In this document: positions 8,975 through 18,322 of the stretch, one piece after another
How positions within the stretch are numbered: the first letter of the stretch is position 1
How the letters are laid out: each line of letters begins with the position of its first letter
Virus record (IMG/VR): IMGVR_UViG_3300036794_000053
Location: 32,001 to 96,000 of that record
Strand: one strand, 5' to 3'
DNA length: 64,000 bases
Source of the DNA: a virus
Taxonomy: Duplodnaviria > Caudoviricetes
Program-made: the position numbers and the translations under genes
Notes under the pieces: generated by a model
Databases searched by the model: none
Told to the model about the DNA's origin: nothing
What the model saw: only the letters and a program-made list of their open reading frames with translations

Positions 8975-9562
8975 TCAGCCGCCGAGGGTGGCGAGCTGCG
9001 CGTCGATCTCGGCGAGCCGCTCGACCAGCTGCTGCCGCTCGGCCCGCAACGTCTCCAGCACGCCGGACGGGTCGTCGACCAGATACGAGTCCCGCGCGTT
9101 GGCCAACATCTTCATCGCCTGGCCCGGTGGCACGTCCCGCACTTCGAGCACCGTGCCGTCCTCTGCGGGTTCCAGCCGCGGATTCTTGACCGAGCCGCCC
9201 CGGGAGTCCCAGCCACCGGACGCCAGGATTACCCCGTCGCCGAGGCGCACGGCATCGTCACGGTTGGGCCGCCAGGCTAGCCGTCGGCCGGCTAGCCGTA
9301 GCTCTTGATCCCAGGTGTCTTGAATGGTGTTGACCGGGATGCGGATGGTGAGGCCGGGTTGGTCAGCGGTTGATCCGTCGGTGCCGTAAATCTCGATGCA
9401 CAGCTCGCGGACCCGCTGCTCGTCGCGCGCGTCGAACGTCCAAAGTTTGGTGCCGCTGCTGAATCTGCCGCCGATCTTGCGTGCCTTCGCCGGCATGGCC
9501 GGGTCGTAGGGTGCGCTCAGCGCCAGCTGTCCGGCGTGCACGGTGATGTGAATAGGTTCCAT
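8975..9562 (-). CDS. Conserved phage hypothetical protein
   Basis: APYDP..PAKARKIGGRF...WTFDARDE N-terminus and coiled-coil C-terminus; AGGAGAGG RBS. Confidence 0.7.
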   Translation of the reverse strand: MEPIHITVHAGQLALSAPYDPAMPAKARKIGGRFSSGTKLWTFDARDEQRVRELCIEIYGTDGSTADQPGLTIRIPVNTIQDTWDQELRLAGRRLAWRPNRDDAVRLGDGVILASGGWDSRGGSVKNPRLEPAEDGTVLEVRDVPPGQAMKMLANARDSYLVDDPSGVLETLRAERQQLVERLAEIDAQLATLGG

Positions 9563-9682
9563 TTGCCCTCTCCTTTGGGTATGGTGGCGGGGTCTTCCGG
9601 GGCGGTGCCTTCATTGAGGTCTAGCCTCAGGACCGCCGGCATCTGTACCGCTGTCCCTTTGCCCGCCCCGGAAGACTCACCA

Positions 9683-10258
9683 CTACCGCGCGCTGCTCCA
9701 TTGCGCGACCTCGATGACGTCGCCGCTGCCGTCGGGGTCGTAGTCCCAGGCCACCCACGGCGCACCGTTCTCGTCCTGGTCCTGGAACACGCCCGGGTGT
9801 TCGCAGCTGCCGGTACGTACGTCCTCTTCTCTGTCCTCGGCTGACTCGTCCTCGTCGAGCGGCTCGGCCAGCTGGGCCAGCGCCGCACGCAGCTCCTCGC
9901 GCAGCCTGTTGCGGATGGCGGCGCGCCGATCTTCCAGGCCTTGGACGAGGCGGGTGGCCAGTTTGTCGGCGGCGGCCACGATGTCCATCTCGCTGGCCGA
10001 GGCACCGAGCCATGTCGAGTCGACGTCGAGCCACTCGCCGCAGCCGTGTTGCTGGTTGTAGTCCTGGATCGCGCCACCTTGGCCGGCGCCAGGGTTCAGG
10101 TGCAGCGGGCAGCCTGGTTCCCGCGGCACGGGCTGCCCGCACCTGGGGCAGTGTCCGTAGGGGCGGTCGGCCCAGACGGCGTGGTAGAGCAGCGGCTCTC
10201 CCGTGACAATGTCACGTGCCGTGAGCTCGGCGTGGTGGGTACCTTTGGGTAGGTCCAT
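9683..10258 (-). CDS. Hypothetical protein with Zn ligands
   Basis: CPRCG...HGCG; GAGG RBS. Confidence 0.65.
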   Translation of the reverse strand: MDLPKGTHHAELTARDIVTGEPLLYHAVWADRPYGHCPRCGQPVPREPGCPLHLNPGAGQGGAIQDYNQQHGCGEWLDVDSTWLGASASEMDIVAAADKLATRLVQGLEDRRAAIRNRLREELRAALAQLAEPLDEDESAEDREEDVRTGSCEHPGVFQDQDENGAPWVAWDYDPDGSGDVIEVAQWSSAR

Positions 10259-10545
10259 GATCTTTCCTCTCGCTTGGGTCGTGACTTGTTTACACTGCCC
10301 AAGCGGGTCGAGCCAAGGTATCGGCCGGCTCGACCCGCCTCACTTACCCTTCCGTGGGTGCGGTGGCAACGCTCGCGCCTTGGTGAGCTGGGCTTCTAGC
10401 CCGCACCGCTTGCACTCCCCCATCACCACCGACCCGGTCAGTGTCTTGACGAGCCGGACGTTGATTGCCTTGGTATACGAGCCGAAGCAATCCATACCAC
10501 CTTTCCTTTCTGTTCGTTTCTCTCCCGAAAGGGGGCTAAATTAAA

Positions 10546-11031
10546 ATGGCTAAGTCGACTCGCCACACCTTCAGGACCAGCCCGCAAGCTATTGCGCGGC
10601 GTGAGCGTGACATGAAGTGCGTCGAGATGCGCCGGTCTGAGATTGATTGGGACACGATCGCCGAGAAGCTCGGCTATGGATGTAAGCAGTCCGCGCATTC
10701 CGCTTTTATCCGGTTCATGAGGGAATATCCGCGGGATGATGTCGAGCAGATGCGTGATCTTGAGCTCGATAAGATTGAACGTAAGTGTCTCCAGTTGGAG
10801 CCGGAGTGTGCGAAGGGTAACCCTCGGGCGATCGAGGTGTGGAATAAGCTGTCTGAGCGGCGGTCTAGGTTGTGTGGTTGGGATAAGCCGGAGCGTCGTG
10901 AGGTTCATGTTCTGTCGGCGGATACGGTGAATTTGGCGATTGAGAAGTTGAGTTTGGAGTTGAACGCGAAGGCCGCGGCGAATGATCTTGATCTGTCGCA
11001 GCTGGTGATCGAGGGCGAGCTGGTCGAGTAG
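10546..11031 (+). CDS. Probable terminase small subunit (HTH type)
   Basis: R..CVEMRR....WDTIAEKLGY HTH, RDLELDKIE and ERRSRLCGWDKP resemble the RRARLLGLDAP-type actinophage TerS. Confidence 0.6.
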   Translation: MAKSTRHTFRTSPQAIARRERDMKCVEMRRSEIDWDTIAEKLGYGCKQSAHSAFIRFMREYPRDDVEQMRDLELDKIERKCLQLEPECAKGNPRAIEVWNKLSERRSRLCGWDKPERREVHVLSADTVNLAIEKLSLELNAKAAANDLDLSQLVIEGELVE

Positions 11032-11075
11032 CCACACGTGTGCCGCCTGTTGCTGTCGGGTAGGGTGAGTCTTGC

Positions 11076-11288
11076 GTGACTCACCCTACCTTGGGAGCAA
11101 CAGTGCAGCGTAAGAGCGAGATCGTTGACGACAACCTGCTCACCGTGCAGGAAGTCGCCGACGAGCTACGCATCTCAAAGATGACCGTCTACCGCCTGTG
11201 CCACAACGGCGAGCTGCTGTTCTACAAGGTCGGGAAGAGTTTCCGGATCACCGAGGGCTCGGTCCGGGCGTTCCTCAAGATCGACTGA
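11076..11288 (+). CDS. Excisionase-like HTH DNA-binding protein (true start probably GTG 11103)
   Basis: LLTVQEVADELRISKMTVYRL...GEL...KVGKSFRI. Confidence 0.85.
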   Translation: MTHPTLGATVQRKSEIVDDNLLTVQEVADELRISKMTVYRLCHNGELLFYKVGKSFRITEGSVRAFLKID

Positions 11289-11673
11289 CGTACTGGTCCT
11301 GGTGCGACTCGATGCCCGGCACCCACACATGCCAGGACCGTGACGGCGCGCAGTAGTAGGCGGCGAGCCTGCCACTACGGGCCATGTTCGCCGCTCCCTG
11401 CTCGGGCAGCATCCGCCGATGGCACCTCGGACACTTCGGGCAATCAGTCAGGTTCACTCCGTGCCACTCCCTCCGCACGCTGGGCATGTCGTCTTGCACG
11501 GCTCAACCGAGTCGGTGTCGCGGTTGAGGGTAGCCTGCCACACCTCGCGTGTTCTACGAGTCGGAGACCTACGACCCGGAAGCTGGCGAGTCGGTCCATG
11601 TGTGCACGATCCCGGGCGACTGGGACGCCTACCGCACAATCAGCCAAACGATCATTGATCATGGGGAGCCACA

Positions 11674-12072
11674 GTGAGCACCTTCGTTACGATTTCTACC
11701 TCCCGTACGAACGCCGACTACTATGGCCAAACCAGCCACACTTCCCTGGAAGAAGCTGAAGAGGCCGCACGCGTCGTGATCCGTGCGCGTCTGGCCGACT
11801 CAGCCGCCGTGTGGCCCGGCACCATGTTCGAACCGACTGCCGTGTGGCCTGACGTCGTTTCAGCGCCGATCAGCTACTTCGGTTACTGGCGTACCCCGTT
11901 CCCCTGGGCCGGTATCGATGACCGCCTACCGGAGCAACGTCTGACGGCCAGCGACGCCCACATGTTTGATGAACACGGCGAGCCACTTGAGGTGTTCACC
12001 GACCAGGGGCAGTGGGAAGTCGCGTATAAGGCCAAGACACCACGCGCAACGACACCAGCCACACCCGAGTGA
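11674..12072 (+). CDS. Hypothetical protein
   Basis: GGGGAG RBS, GTG start. Confidence 0.55.
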   Translation: MSTFVTISTSRTNADYYGQTSHTSLEEAEEAARVVIRARLADSAAVWPGTMFEPTAVWPDVVSAPISYFGYWRTPFPWAGIDDRLPEQRLTASDAHMFDEHGEPLEVFTDQGQWEVAYKAKTPRATTPATPE

Positions 12073-12238
12073 TGAGCATGACTGAAATTGACCAACGTCT
12101 CGACTGGGACGATCTCGGCTACAGCGCCGTTCCGGAGGTTCACTCCCACTACGTCCGCCGCATGCGCGGCAGGGGGTCGAGTGCTCGGCTGGTTCGGGTT
12201 GCGGGGTGGTTTTCTTCGCGGTGTCCCACGCCGCTTTG

Positions 12239-12562
12239 TCACGGTTGCCCATGATCTTCTCCCTTGATGTACGCGATTGCGCGGTCGATGTTGATCATGC
12301 GCATGTTCATGATCCCGGGCGTGGCCCACTCGATGTGCCACGCCTGGCCGTCCGCTTCGAGGTTGAGGTACCGCCGGGTCTCGCGGTGTTTGTACTGGTA
12401 GATGACCCGTGTCTCGTGGGCGAGCCGGGTCATGTACATCAGATGGCCCACCAGCTGGGGTACGTACTCCAGGGCTGGCCGCCAGTTAGGCTCAGGGGTG
12501 CCGTAGTCCGGCGCCTCCCAGACCCACACATTGGCGAACTGGTCGAGAGCCTTGCCGTCCAT
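12239..12562 (-). CDS. Conserved phage hypothetical protein
   Basis: YKHRETRRYLNL motif; GAGAGGG RBS before MDGKAL. Confidence 0.6.
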   Translation of the reverse strand: MDGKALDQFANVWVWEAPDYGTPEPNWRPALEYVPQLVGHLMYMTRLAHETRVIYQYKHRETRRYLNLEADGQAWHIEWATPGIMNMRMINIDRAIAYIKGEDHGQP

Positions 12563-13030
12563 GATTTCCCTCTCGATTGGTGGTGCTGGCCCGGCGGGTT
12601 CGGCGCCCGGCGGGTGCGTCAGCGGCCAGGCCAGCACCAGGCATTCAGAACCGTACGGCGAGCGCAAACAGTAGTGCGCACACCAGGATGAGCAGCCACA
12701 CGCTCACCCCTCACACCTCGTCGAATGCACCGCGTCCGCCCAGTTGGGCACCACCTCATCCTCGTCCGGCAGGTCATCCAACGATCGCCGGCAACATTCC
12801 GTTATCACCTCCTCGGCATTCCAATCCGTGATCAAGGTGGACCACTGGCTTGATCATCTTGTCTGCTCCCCTTTATCCGAGGTCCAGTTCGTATCGGTAT
12901 GGCCGGTGCGGAACCGGCCGCTGGTAGGGCAGCTGCCGGTTCACCGGCCGCCGAGTAACGACGGGTGGGGTGGACAGTAGCCGGCGCAGCTGCCGCCGCC
13001 ACAGGTAAAGTCGGAACCGCCAGCGATTCA

Positions 13031-13705
13031 TCACTCACCTTCCTTGAGTACGGTGCCGATCGCCTCGGCGACCATGCAGCCCTGCGCCCACGGCAGCCGC
13101 ACCGTGATTTCCACGGTGTCGTCGTAGTAGGACTTGACCTTGCCGCCGTGGTCGTAGCTGCCGAAGCTGACCTCCGGCTTGTGGCTGTCGCGGTCCCACC
13201 TGTCGCGGCGTACCTCGCCGTTGAGCAGGCCGGCGATCTTGTCCATGAACCGGTCGAGCCGCGCCGCCGTGTCGTCACTGTCCTGTTTGCGTGCGGCCAA
13301 GCTGGCCACCATGTCGGCCAGCCCGGGCAGTAGGCGGCGGGTGATGTCCTTCGCCGCGGCCGTGGCCGTCTTCTCGTCCGACACGGTGATCGACTTGTTG
13401 CTGCTCTCTTGGTACCGCTCGTGCTTGGTCAGTTCGCGCTCGATGCTCCAGGCGATCGCCACGCGGCCGGCGAGCTGGTAGCCACCCATCCGTACGTGTA
13501 GCTTCTGTCCGTCCGGGCCGGTCAGGTGCGCGTCTTCACCGTTGGACCAATGCCCGGGTGTGGCCGACCAGTCCTCGCCGAGCTCGGCGGCGACTTCCTT
13601 GGCCCAGGTAATAGCTTTGCCGTTCATTTTGATGAACCTCTCCATGTGTGTTTTCTCGTCGGCGAGCACGCCAGCGAGCCGCAGAGCGATTGTGTTCTGG
13701 CTCAC
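13031..13705 (-). CDS. Hypothetical protein
   Basis: 224 aa, GGAG RBS, strong codon bias. Confidence 0.7.
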   Translation of the reverse strand: MSQNTIALRLAGVLADEKTHMERFIKMNGKAITWAKEVAAELGEDWSATPGHWSNGEDAHLTGPDGQKLHVRMGGYQLAGRVAIAWSIERELTKHERYQESSNKSITVSDEKTATAAAKDITRRLLPGLADMVASLAARKQDSDDTAARLDRFMDKIAGLLNGEVRRDRWDRDSHKPEVSFGSYDHGGKVKSYYDDTVEITVRLPWAQGCMVAEAIGTVLKEGE

Positions 13706-13892
13706 TTGCTTCTCCGTTCAGTGCTGCCAATGCACACCGCCAGGTAATGGGCTGGCGGCGACACAAGCGGTACTGCTCAGTCCTCGGCTAACTCCAGGCA
13801 GTCCTCGCAGTAGCCGTTAAAGTCGCAGTCCTGATCTGACTGGCCGTCGCAGTCGATCTCTTCTTTACAGCTGCGGCATTGGTGGGTGTGCA

Positions 13893-14249
13893 TCACTCGA
13901 CGCCTTTCTTGGCGAGTAGTTTCCACGGCTCGCCGGTGATGTTGTTCGGGTACAACGGGTACCCGTGCCGCCGGTGATCTTCGAGGTGGCTAGGCGCGAG
14001 GTATACGGCGCTGACATTCTTACGCCCGACTTTCCACACCCGCGCCGCACGGATTCGCTGGTGAGCGTAGATAGCGACGAGGTCACCCACTTCTACCTCG
14101 CCGGCTTTCATGTCCTCGGCGGTGATCTGAGACCCGCGGCCGGTGGTCGTGTCCATCACGCCCCACTCGTTCAGGTCGGTGACGCACCGCTTGACCAGCT
14201 CGTCACGTGTCATGCCTAGGCTTTTCATTGCGTCGTCGAGACTCATCAT
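13893..14249 (-). CDS. Hypothetical protein
   Basis: AAAGGGA RBS before MMSLDD. Confidence 0.6.
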   Translation of the reverse strand: MMSLDDAMKSLGMTRDELVKRCVTDLNEWGVMDTTTGRGSQITAEDMKAGEVEVGDLVAIYAHQRIRAARVWKVGRKNVSAVYLAPSHLEDHRRHGYPLYPNNITGEPWKLLAKKGVE

Positions 14250-14313
14250 GTCCCTTTCTTTTGTTGAGTAACCCATAGGACACACACCCCCGATGTGTGC
14301 CCGCGTGCATCAC

Positions 14314-14928
14314 TCACCCTTCCCCGTACAGGTTGACTATCTGGTTGATCCGAGCCGACGGTGACATCTTTCGCAAATACACCGCCGTGGTATTTAGATG
14401 CGTATGCCCGAGCTGCTCCTGAATGTTCGTCATCACCACACCGTTGCGTTCCAACTCGCACGCATGCCAGTGCCGTAGCGCGTGCGGGTGCACACGGTGT
14501 TCGATACCAGCCCGAGCCGCGGTGTCCGCCACTATCTGACGTATCTGCCGGTCACCCAATGCGTGGCCGCGGGCGCCGCGCCATAGCCCACACATCAGCA
14601 CCGGCCCGCGAATCCCGAGCACCTTACGGGCGTCCCGCCACCGGGCAACGTGCAACAGTTGCGGCGCAAGACAGCCGGCGATCCTGGCTTTGTCTCCCTT
14701 TCCGTGCAGCACGTGGATTGAACCGCGTTCTAGGTTGACGTTGCCGGGGCTGAGCGCGGTGACCTCGGAGTTGCGGAGGCCGGCGCCGAGCATGGCGGCG
14801 ATGATCGCCCGGTTCCGCATGGCGGTGGGTGTGTCGTTGGATCGCACGGTGAGTAGCGCGTGCGCTTCGTCGTTAGTGATCTCTTCGTAGGGGAATGTCT
14901 TGTCTTTATGGGTGGGCGGCGCGGTCAT
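14314..14928 (-). CDS. Tyrosine recombinase, catalytic domain only (XerC/FimB-like size)
   Basis: RNRA...GAGLRNSEV, GKGDKAR, HPHALRH and LGHTHLNTTAVY (R-K-H-R-H-Y intact). Confidence 0.92.
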   Translation of the reverse strand: MTAPPTHKDKTFPYEEITNDEAHALLTVRSNDTPTAMRNRAIIAAMLGAGLRNSEVTALSPGNVNLERGSIHVLHGKGDKARIAGCLAPQLLHVARWRDARKVLGIRGPVLMCGLWRGARGHALGDRQIRQIVADTAARAGIEHRVHPHALRHWHACELERNGVVMTNIQEQLGHTHLNTTAVYLRKMSPSARINQIVNLYGEG

Positions 14929-15013
14929 GGTGTGTCCTCTCCATTGTTGCAACGCTGTGAGTTACACTGATCGAAAGCACAATTGTTCTTGTGTCGCTGC
15001 GCTTTCGAACTAG

Positions 15014-15589
15014 CTACTCGGTCCCCTTCCACGCCACCCACGTCACGGCTTGCACGGTGGATGGAATCTCGCCGAGTCGGCGCGCGGCTTCCCGATAGGC
15101 GTGCGCCAGGGTGGCGTACCTCCGCTTGGCGGATAGGCCGCGGTCGCGTTCGCCGTATCGTTCGCCGGCGACGATGTCGTGTGCGTGCCGGTCGATCACT
15201 ACCGGGTCGGCATCTTCGGGATCGATGATCGCTTTGAAGAAGTTCCACGTCTTGGAATCTTCGGGCAGCACAGACAGCGGTTCTCCACCCGCCATGATTC
15301 GCTCGGCTTTGTCGAGTGCGTTACGGAAGTGGCCCCTCGCCTCCTGATACGTGAACGTCTCCCGGGCCAGCTTGACGTTCGCCTCCCATGTTTTCTGCGG
15401 GCTGAGCGCGGCGATCACGCCGGCACCCGCGCGGGTATTCCCCTCGGCTAGCAGGGTGGCTACCTCGTTAGCCGTGCGATACCAAGCGCGACCGCGTGCT
15501 ACCTGGTCGGCGGTGGCGCCTCGCCATACCGCGATGATGTTCGACACGTACTTTTCGTGGGCCGTATCGTCCGCTGTGGTCGGCAACAT
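15014..15589 (-). CDS. Phage HhH DNA-glycosylase-like protein (DUF7178-like)
   Basis: G.AWY, AGVIAALSPQKTWEAN, KTWNF...I, VVIDRHA and VQAVTWV motifs. Confidence 0.6.
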   Translation of the reverse strand: MLPTTADDTAHEKYVSNIIAVWRGATADQVARGRAWYRTANEVATLLAEGNTRAGAGVIAALSPQKTWEANVKLARETFTYQEARGHFRNALDKAERIMAGGEPLSVLPEDSKTWNFFKAIIDPEDADPVVIDRHAHDIVAGERYGERDRGLSAKRRYATLAHAYREAARRLGEIPSTVQAVTWVAWKGTE

Positions 15590-15804
15590 CAGGCCACCAC
15601 ATACAGCGTGTCGTCCCAGATACGGCCCACCGTGTGCTGCTCCGCCGGTATCCGCGCCTGCCACGTGTGCTGTTCCATGCGGCGCACCGTGCGCCACGGC
15701 TCAGCAATGGACGGGGCCACGTACATGGTGCCGTCGGCGGCAATGTAGGCGGGCCGCCAGCCGTTACGGATACGGACACGGCCGTAGGTATTCGCGGTGT
15801 TCAT
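15589..15804 (-). CDS. Hypothetical protein
   Basis: GGAGAGGG RBS; coupled to the next gene. Confidence 0.55.
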   Translation of the reverse strand: MNTANTYGRVRIRNGWRPAYIAADGTMYVAPSIAEPWRTVRRMEQHTWQARIPAEQHTVGRIWDDTLYVVA

Positions 15805-15884
15805 TGTTGTTTCCCTCTCCCTTTGTGATCAGTGTTGGTAGCGCCGCCGCTAGGACTCTGCACCTAGCGGGACGCAAACGACAC

Positions 15885-16688
15885 TCACCCCAACTTCCGA
15901 GCCCGGTATCCTTCCACTACTTCGGCCATGAGTTCAGCGGACCACAGTGCCATTGCCGCTGTTTGTCCGTCGTCTCGATTGTCCGGTTCGTAGCGGTAGC
16001 ACTGGCATCCGTATAGCCAGTCCTCACCGCAGTCAACGCACGTGTGGCACACAGCGCAGCGGTCCACGTCCTTAGCTAAGGGTGTGCCGCATGCGAGGCA
16101 CTCACGCGGGAACGTGACCAGCGGTAGGTATTGGTAGTCGCTGTTTGAATACCACGCCCCGTCATCCCACATACCAGAGCTCTCGTTAATGATGTAGGAC
16201 TGTGCCCCGTAGGCAGGGTTCACTGTCAGGATGACGAGTTTGTTCCACTTGCCTATGTACTTGCCTAGTCGGTCACGGCTGGCCCGTTCGGATAGGTGTC
16301 CGAACCCGTCGCCTATCCATTCTTCGGCGGCGTAGCGGGTGTCGCAACGGCGGTCCTTCTTACCGGGTTGCGCACTGGCGGGCATGATTCCGTTGTGTGC
16401 GACCACGGTGCGCCGGTCACCGCGCAAGCGGAACGGGTGACAGTTGTACCTAGAATAGGTGCCGCCGGTGCCTAGCCGCGAGTGAAATAACGCTGGGCCG
16501 TCCGGGTGCCGGTTACGGGCCACGTCGAACCGTTCGATTACTTGTTCCGCGTTCATGCCGTGACCGACCATTAGGTGCCGGCCGGTCACGATGGCATAGC
16601 CGAACCCGTCCGGGTTGAATTCGGCGCCCGTGTACAGCGCGTCAACGTCCGGACGGATTCCGCCAGGGTAGAAACTCAAGAGGCACAT
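15885..16688 (-). CDS. Class II (Ntn) glutamine amidotransferase with C-terminal Zn ribbons
   Basis: N-terminal MC, NPDGFG, FHSRLGT, NCHPF, VAHNGI and DT motifs. Confidence 0.88.
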   Translation of the reverse strand: MCLLSFYPGGIRPDVDALYTGAEFNPDGFGYAIVTGRHLMVGHGMNAEQVIERFDVARNRHPDGPALFHSRLGTGGTYSRYNCHPFRLRGDRRTVVAHNGIMPASAQPGKKDRRCDTRYAAEEWIGDGFGHLSERASRDRLGKYIGKWNKLVILTVNPAYGAQSYIINESSGMWDDGAWYSNSDYQYLPLVTFPRECLACGTPLAKDVDRCAVCHTCVDCGEDWLYGCQCYRYEPDNRDDGQTAAMALWSAELMAEVVEGYRARKLG

Positions 16689-17857
16689 ACGGTCATCTCC
16701 TCCGATAGCGCGGAGTACTCCGGCCGTGCGTCAACCCACGTGCGGAACGCGTCCCATGTCCAGCCACCGGCCAGGATCACGGGCACGGTGAGATGACGGG
16801 TGTACTCCACCGACGCCGCCACTAGATCTAGCGCGGCCCGTACCTCTTGAGTGTCGAGTGACGCGGCGAATACCCGTACCTCAAACGTTGCCCAATTCTG
16901 GACGTTGATAGCGGAGTAGCGTTCTCCGTCGCGGTCGCCTTTAGCGGATGCTTTCAGATTGGGCCGTTTGGCGTGCGAGAATGACGCCCACTCGTATGAG
17001 CGGCGGCGGGCGACACCTGACACCCCGTCCGCGTTACGGTAAATCAGCTGCATCCACCGGTAGACATGGGCCGGGCCGTCGAACGCGTCACGGTTAACAT
17101 GCACGTGCATGCCTGCCCCGTCCGCGTCCGCTCCGGCGCACCGTAGGTCACGCAGCATTGACCACGGGAAACTTTCGGATGCGTATTCGTGTGTCATTGG
17201 GTGCGTGACAATCTCGAACCCGTCGGCTAGGGAGCAGTCTTCTTTCAGGTATCCGAGCTGCCCTAACTCCTGCGATGCGATCTGGGCGCACTGCCCGTCC
17301 GCATAGTTGAGTTCGAGTTCCATACCTAGGTAGACGCGCCCCTTCCCGTGGAATTCGGGGCGAGGCTTATACCCGTAGTTATTGAGATATGACTCGGCCG
17401 TGTCGTGGCAGTCGCTGCACCGCTCACCATGCTCCACCCACCGGGAGCAACCGTCGCACTGTGAGTAGCTCTCGTCACGGCAGTCGTCACACAGTTCGTT
17501 GCTGTATCCGGAGTATTCGGGGGCAACGTCAGTCAAGTCATAGTCATCTTCGGAGAAAAGATGGCACTGTTCGCAGCGGGCTACGGTGCACCCGAAACAA
17601 ACTTCACGGTTGTGAATGGTGGGATGGGTGGTCACGGTGCGTTCGTCGCATCGTTCGCACGTGGGTAGGTCTGCCGCGCATGTGTGGCAGACGGGCGTGC
17701 CATCTACCCATATACCGGTGGGCACGGTGAGGACGAGGTCTTCGTCGCGCCATGCCGTGTGGTACGGCATGAGCCACACGTCTGCGCATTGGGTACAGCG
17801 TTCGGCCCCGGGGACGCGTGCTGGGGGGGGAAACAGGGGTAGGGTGCTGCTAGTCAT
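16676..17857 (-). CDS. Amidoligase (COOH-NH2 ligase family) with N-terminal Zn ribbons
   Basis: LGMELE, LKEDCSL, GFEIVTHP, GMHVHV, RYSAIN and TFEVRVF; many CxxC; AGGAG RBS before ATG 17857. Confidence 0.85.
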   Translation of the reverse strand: MTSSTLPLFPPPARVPGAERCTQCADVWLMPYHTAWRDEDLVLTVPTGIWVDGTPVCHTCAADLPTCERCDERTVTTHPTIHNREVCFGCTVARCEQCHLFSEDDYDLTDVAPEYSGYSNELCDDCRDESYSQCDGCSRWVEHGERCSDCHDTAESYLNNYGYKPRPEFHGKGRVYLGMELELNYADGQCAQIASQELGQLGYLKEDCSLADGFEIVTHPMTHEYASESFPWSMLRDLRCAGADADGAGMHVHVNRDAFDGPAHVYRWMQLIYRNADGVSGVARRRSYEWASFSHAKRPNLKASAKGDRDGERYSAINVQNWATFEVRVFAASLDTQEVRAALDLVAASVEYTRHLTVPVILAGGWTWDAFRTWVDARPEYSALSEEMTVCAS

Positions 17858-18046
17858 CGTGCTGGCTCCTGACCAGTCGGTGATTAGCGCCACGCCTAGG
17901 GCGGCAACCCTGGCGTGGCGCGTCTGTCCGTGCGGACAGTGACACCGCTGGTCTAGGTGACGAGCGGTCTCGTTATCCCACGGGCAGTGTCACAGTGTGA
18001 CTCACGCGTGACAGACGCGTATCGTCACACTGTGACAGCGGTTGTT

Positions 18047-18307
18047 TCATGCCAGTGACACTGCGAATTCGACGCGCAACAGATCACGGTGACCGGCTTC
18101 GATGAGCGCGGACACCCTGTCTTGCGCCGCTGCCCAACGGCTCACTGTGGTGGCCCGGTCACTCGGCCCAGCGGCACGGTAGGCGACATAGGCAGCATCG
18201 GCCAGCGCGCGTGCCTGCATAAGCTCAGTTGAAATTGTCACGGTCTCTCCTCCGATCACGGTCACTGATAAGTCTGGAGACGCGCACCCATTGGATGCGC
18301 GACCCAC
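18047..18307 (-). CDS. Hypothetical protein (true start probably nearer 18241)
   Basis: GGAGGAG RBS upstream of GTG ACA ATT. Confidence 0.5.
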   Translation of the reverse strand: MGRASNGCASPDLSVTVIGGETVTISTELMQARALADAAYVAYRAAGPSDRATTVSRWAAAQDRVSALIEAGHRDLLRVEFAVSLA

Positions 18308-18322
18308 ACTTGACTCACTGGC

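Noticed and set aside
14230-15010. attP or tRNA-like integration core beside the recombinase
   Set aside because: The flanking intergenic gaps are short, and no tRNA 3' half or arm-type repeats were recognised.
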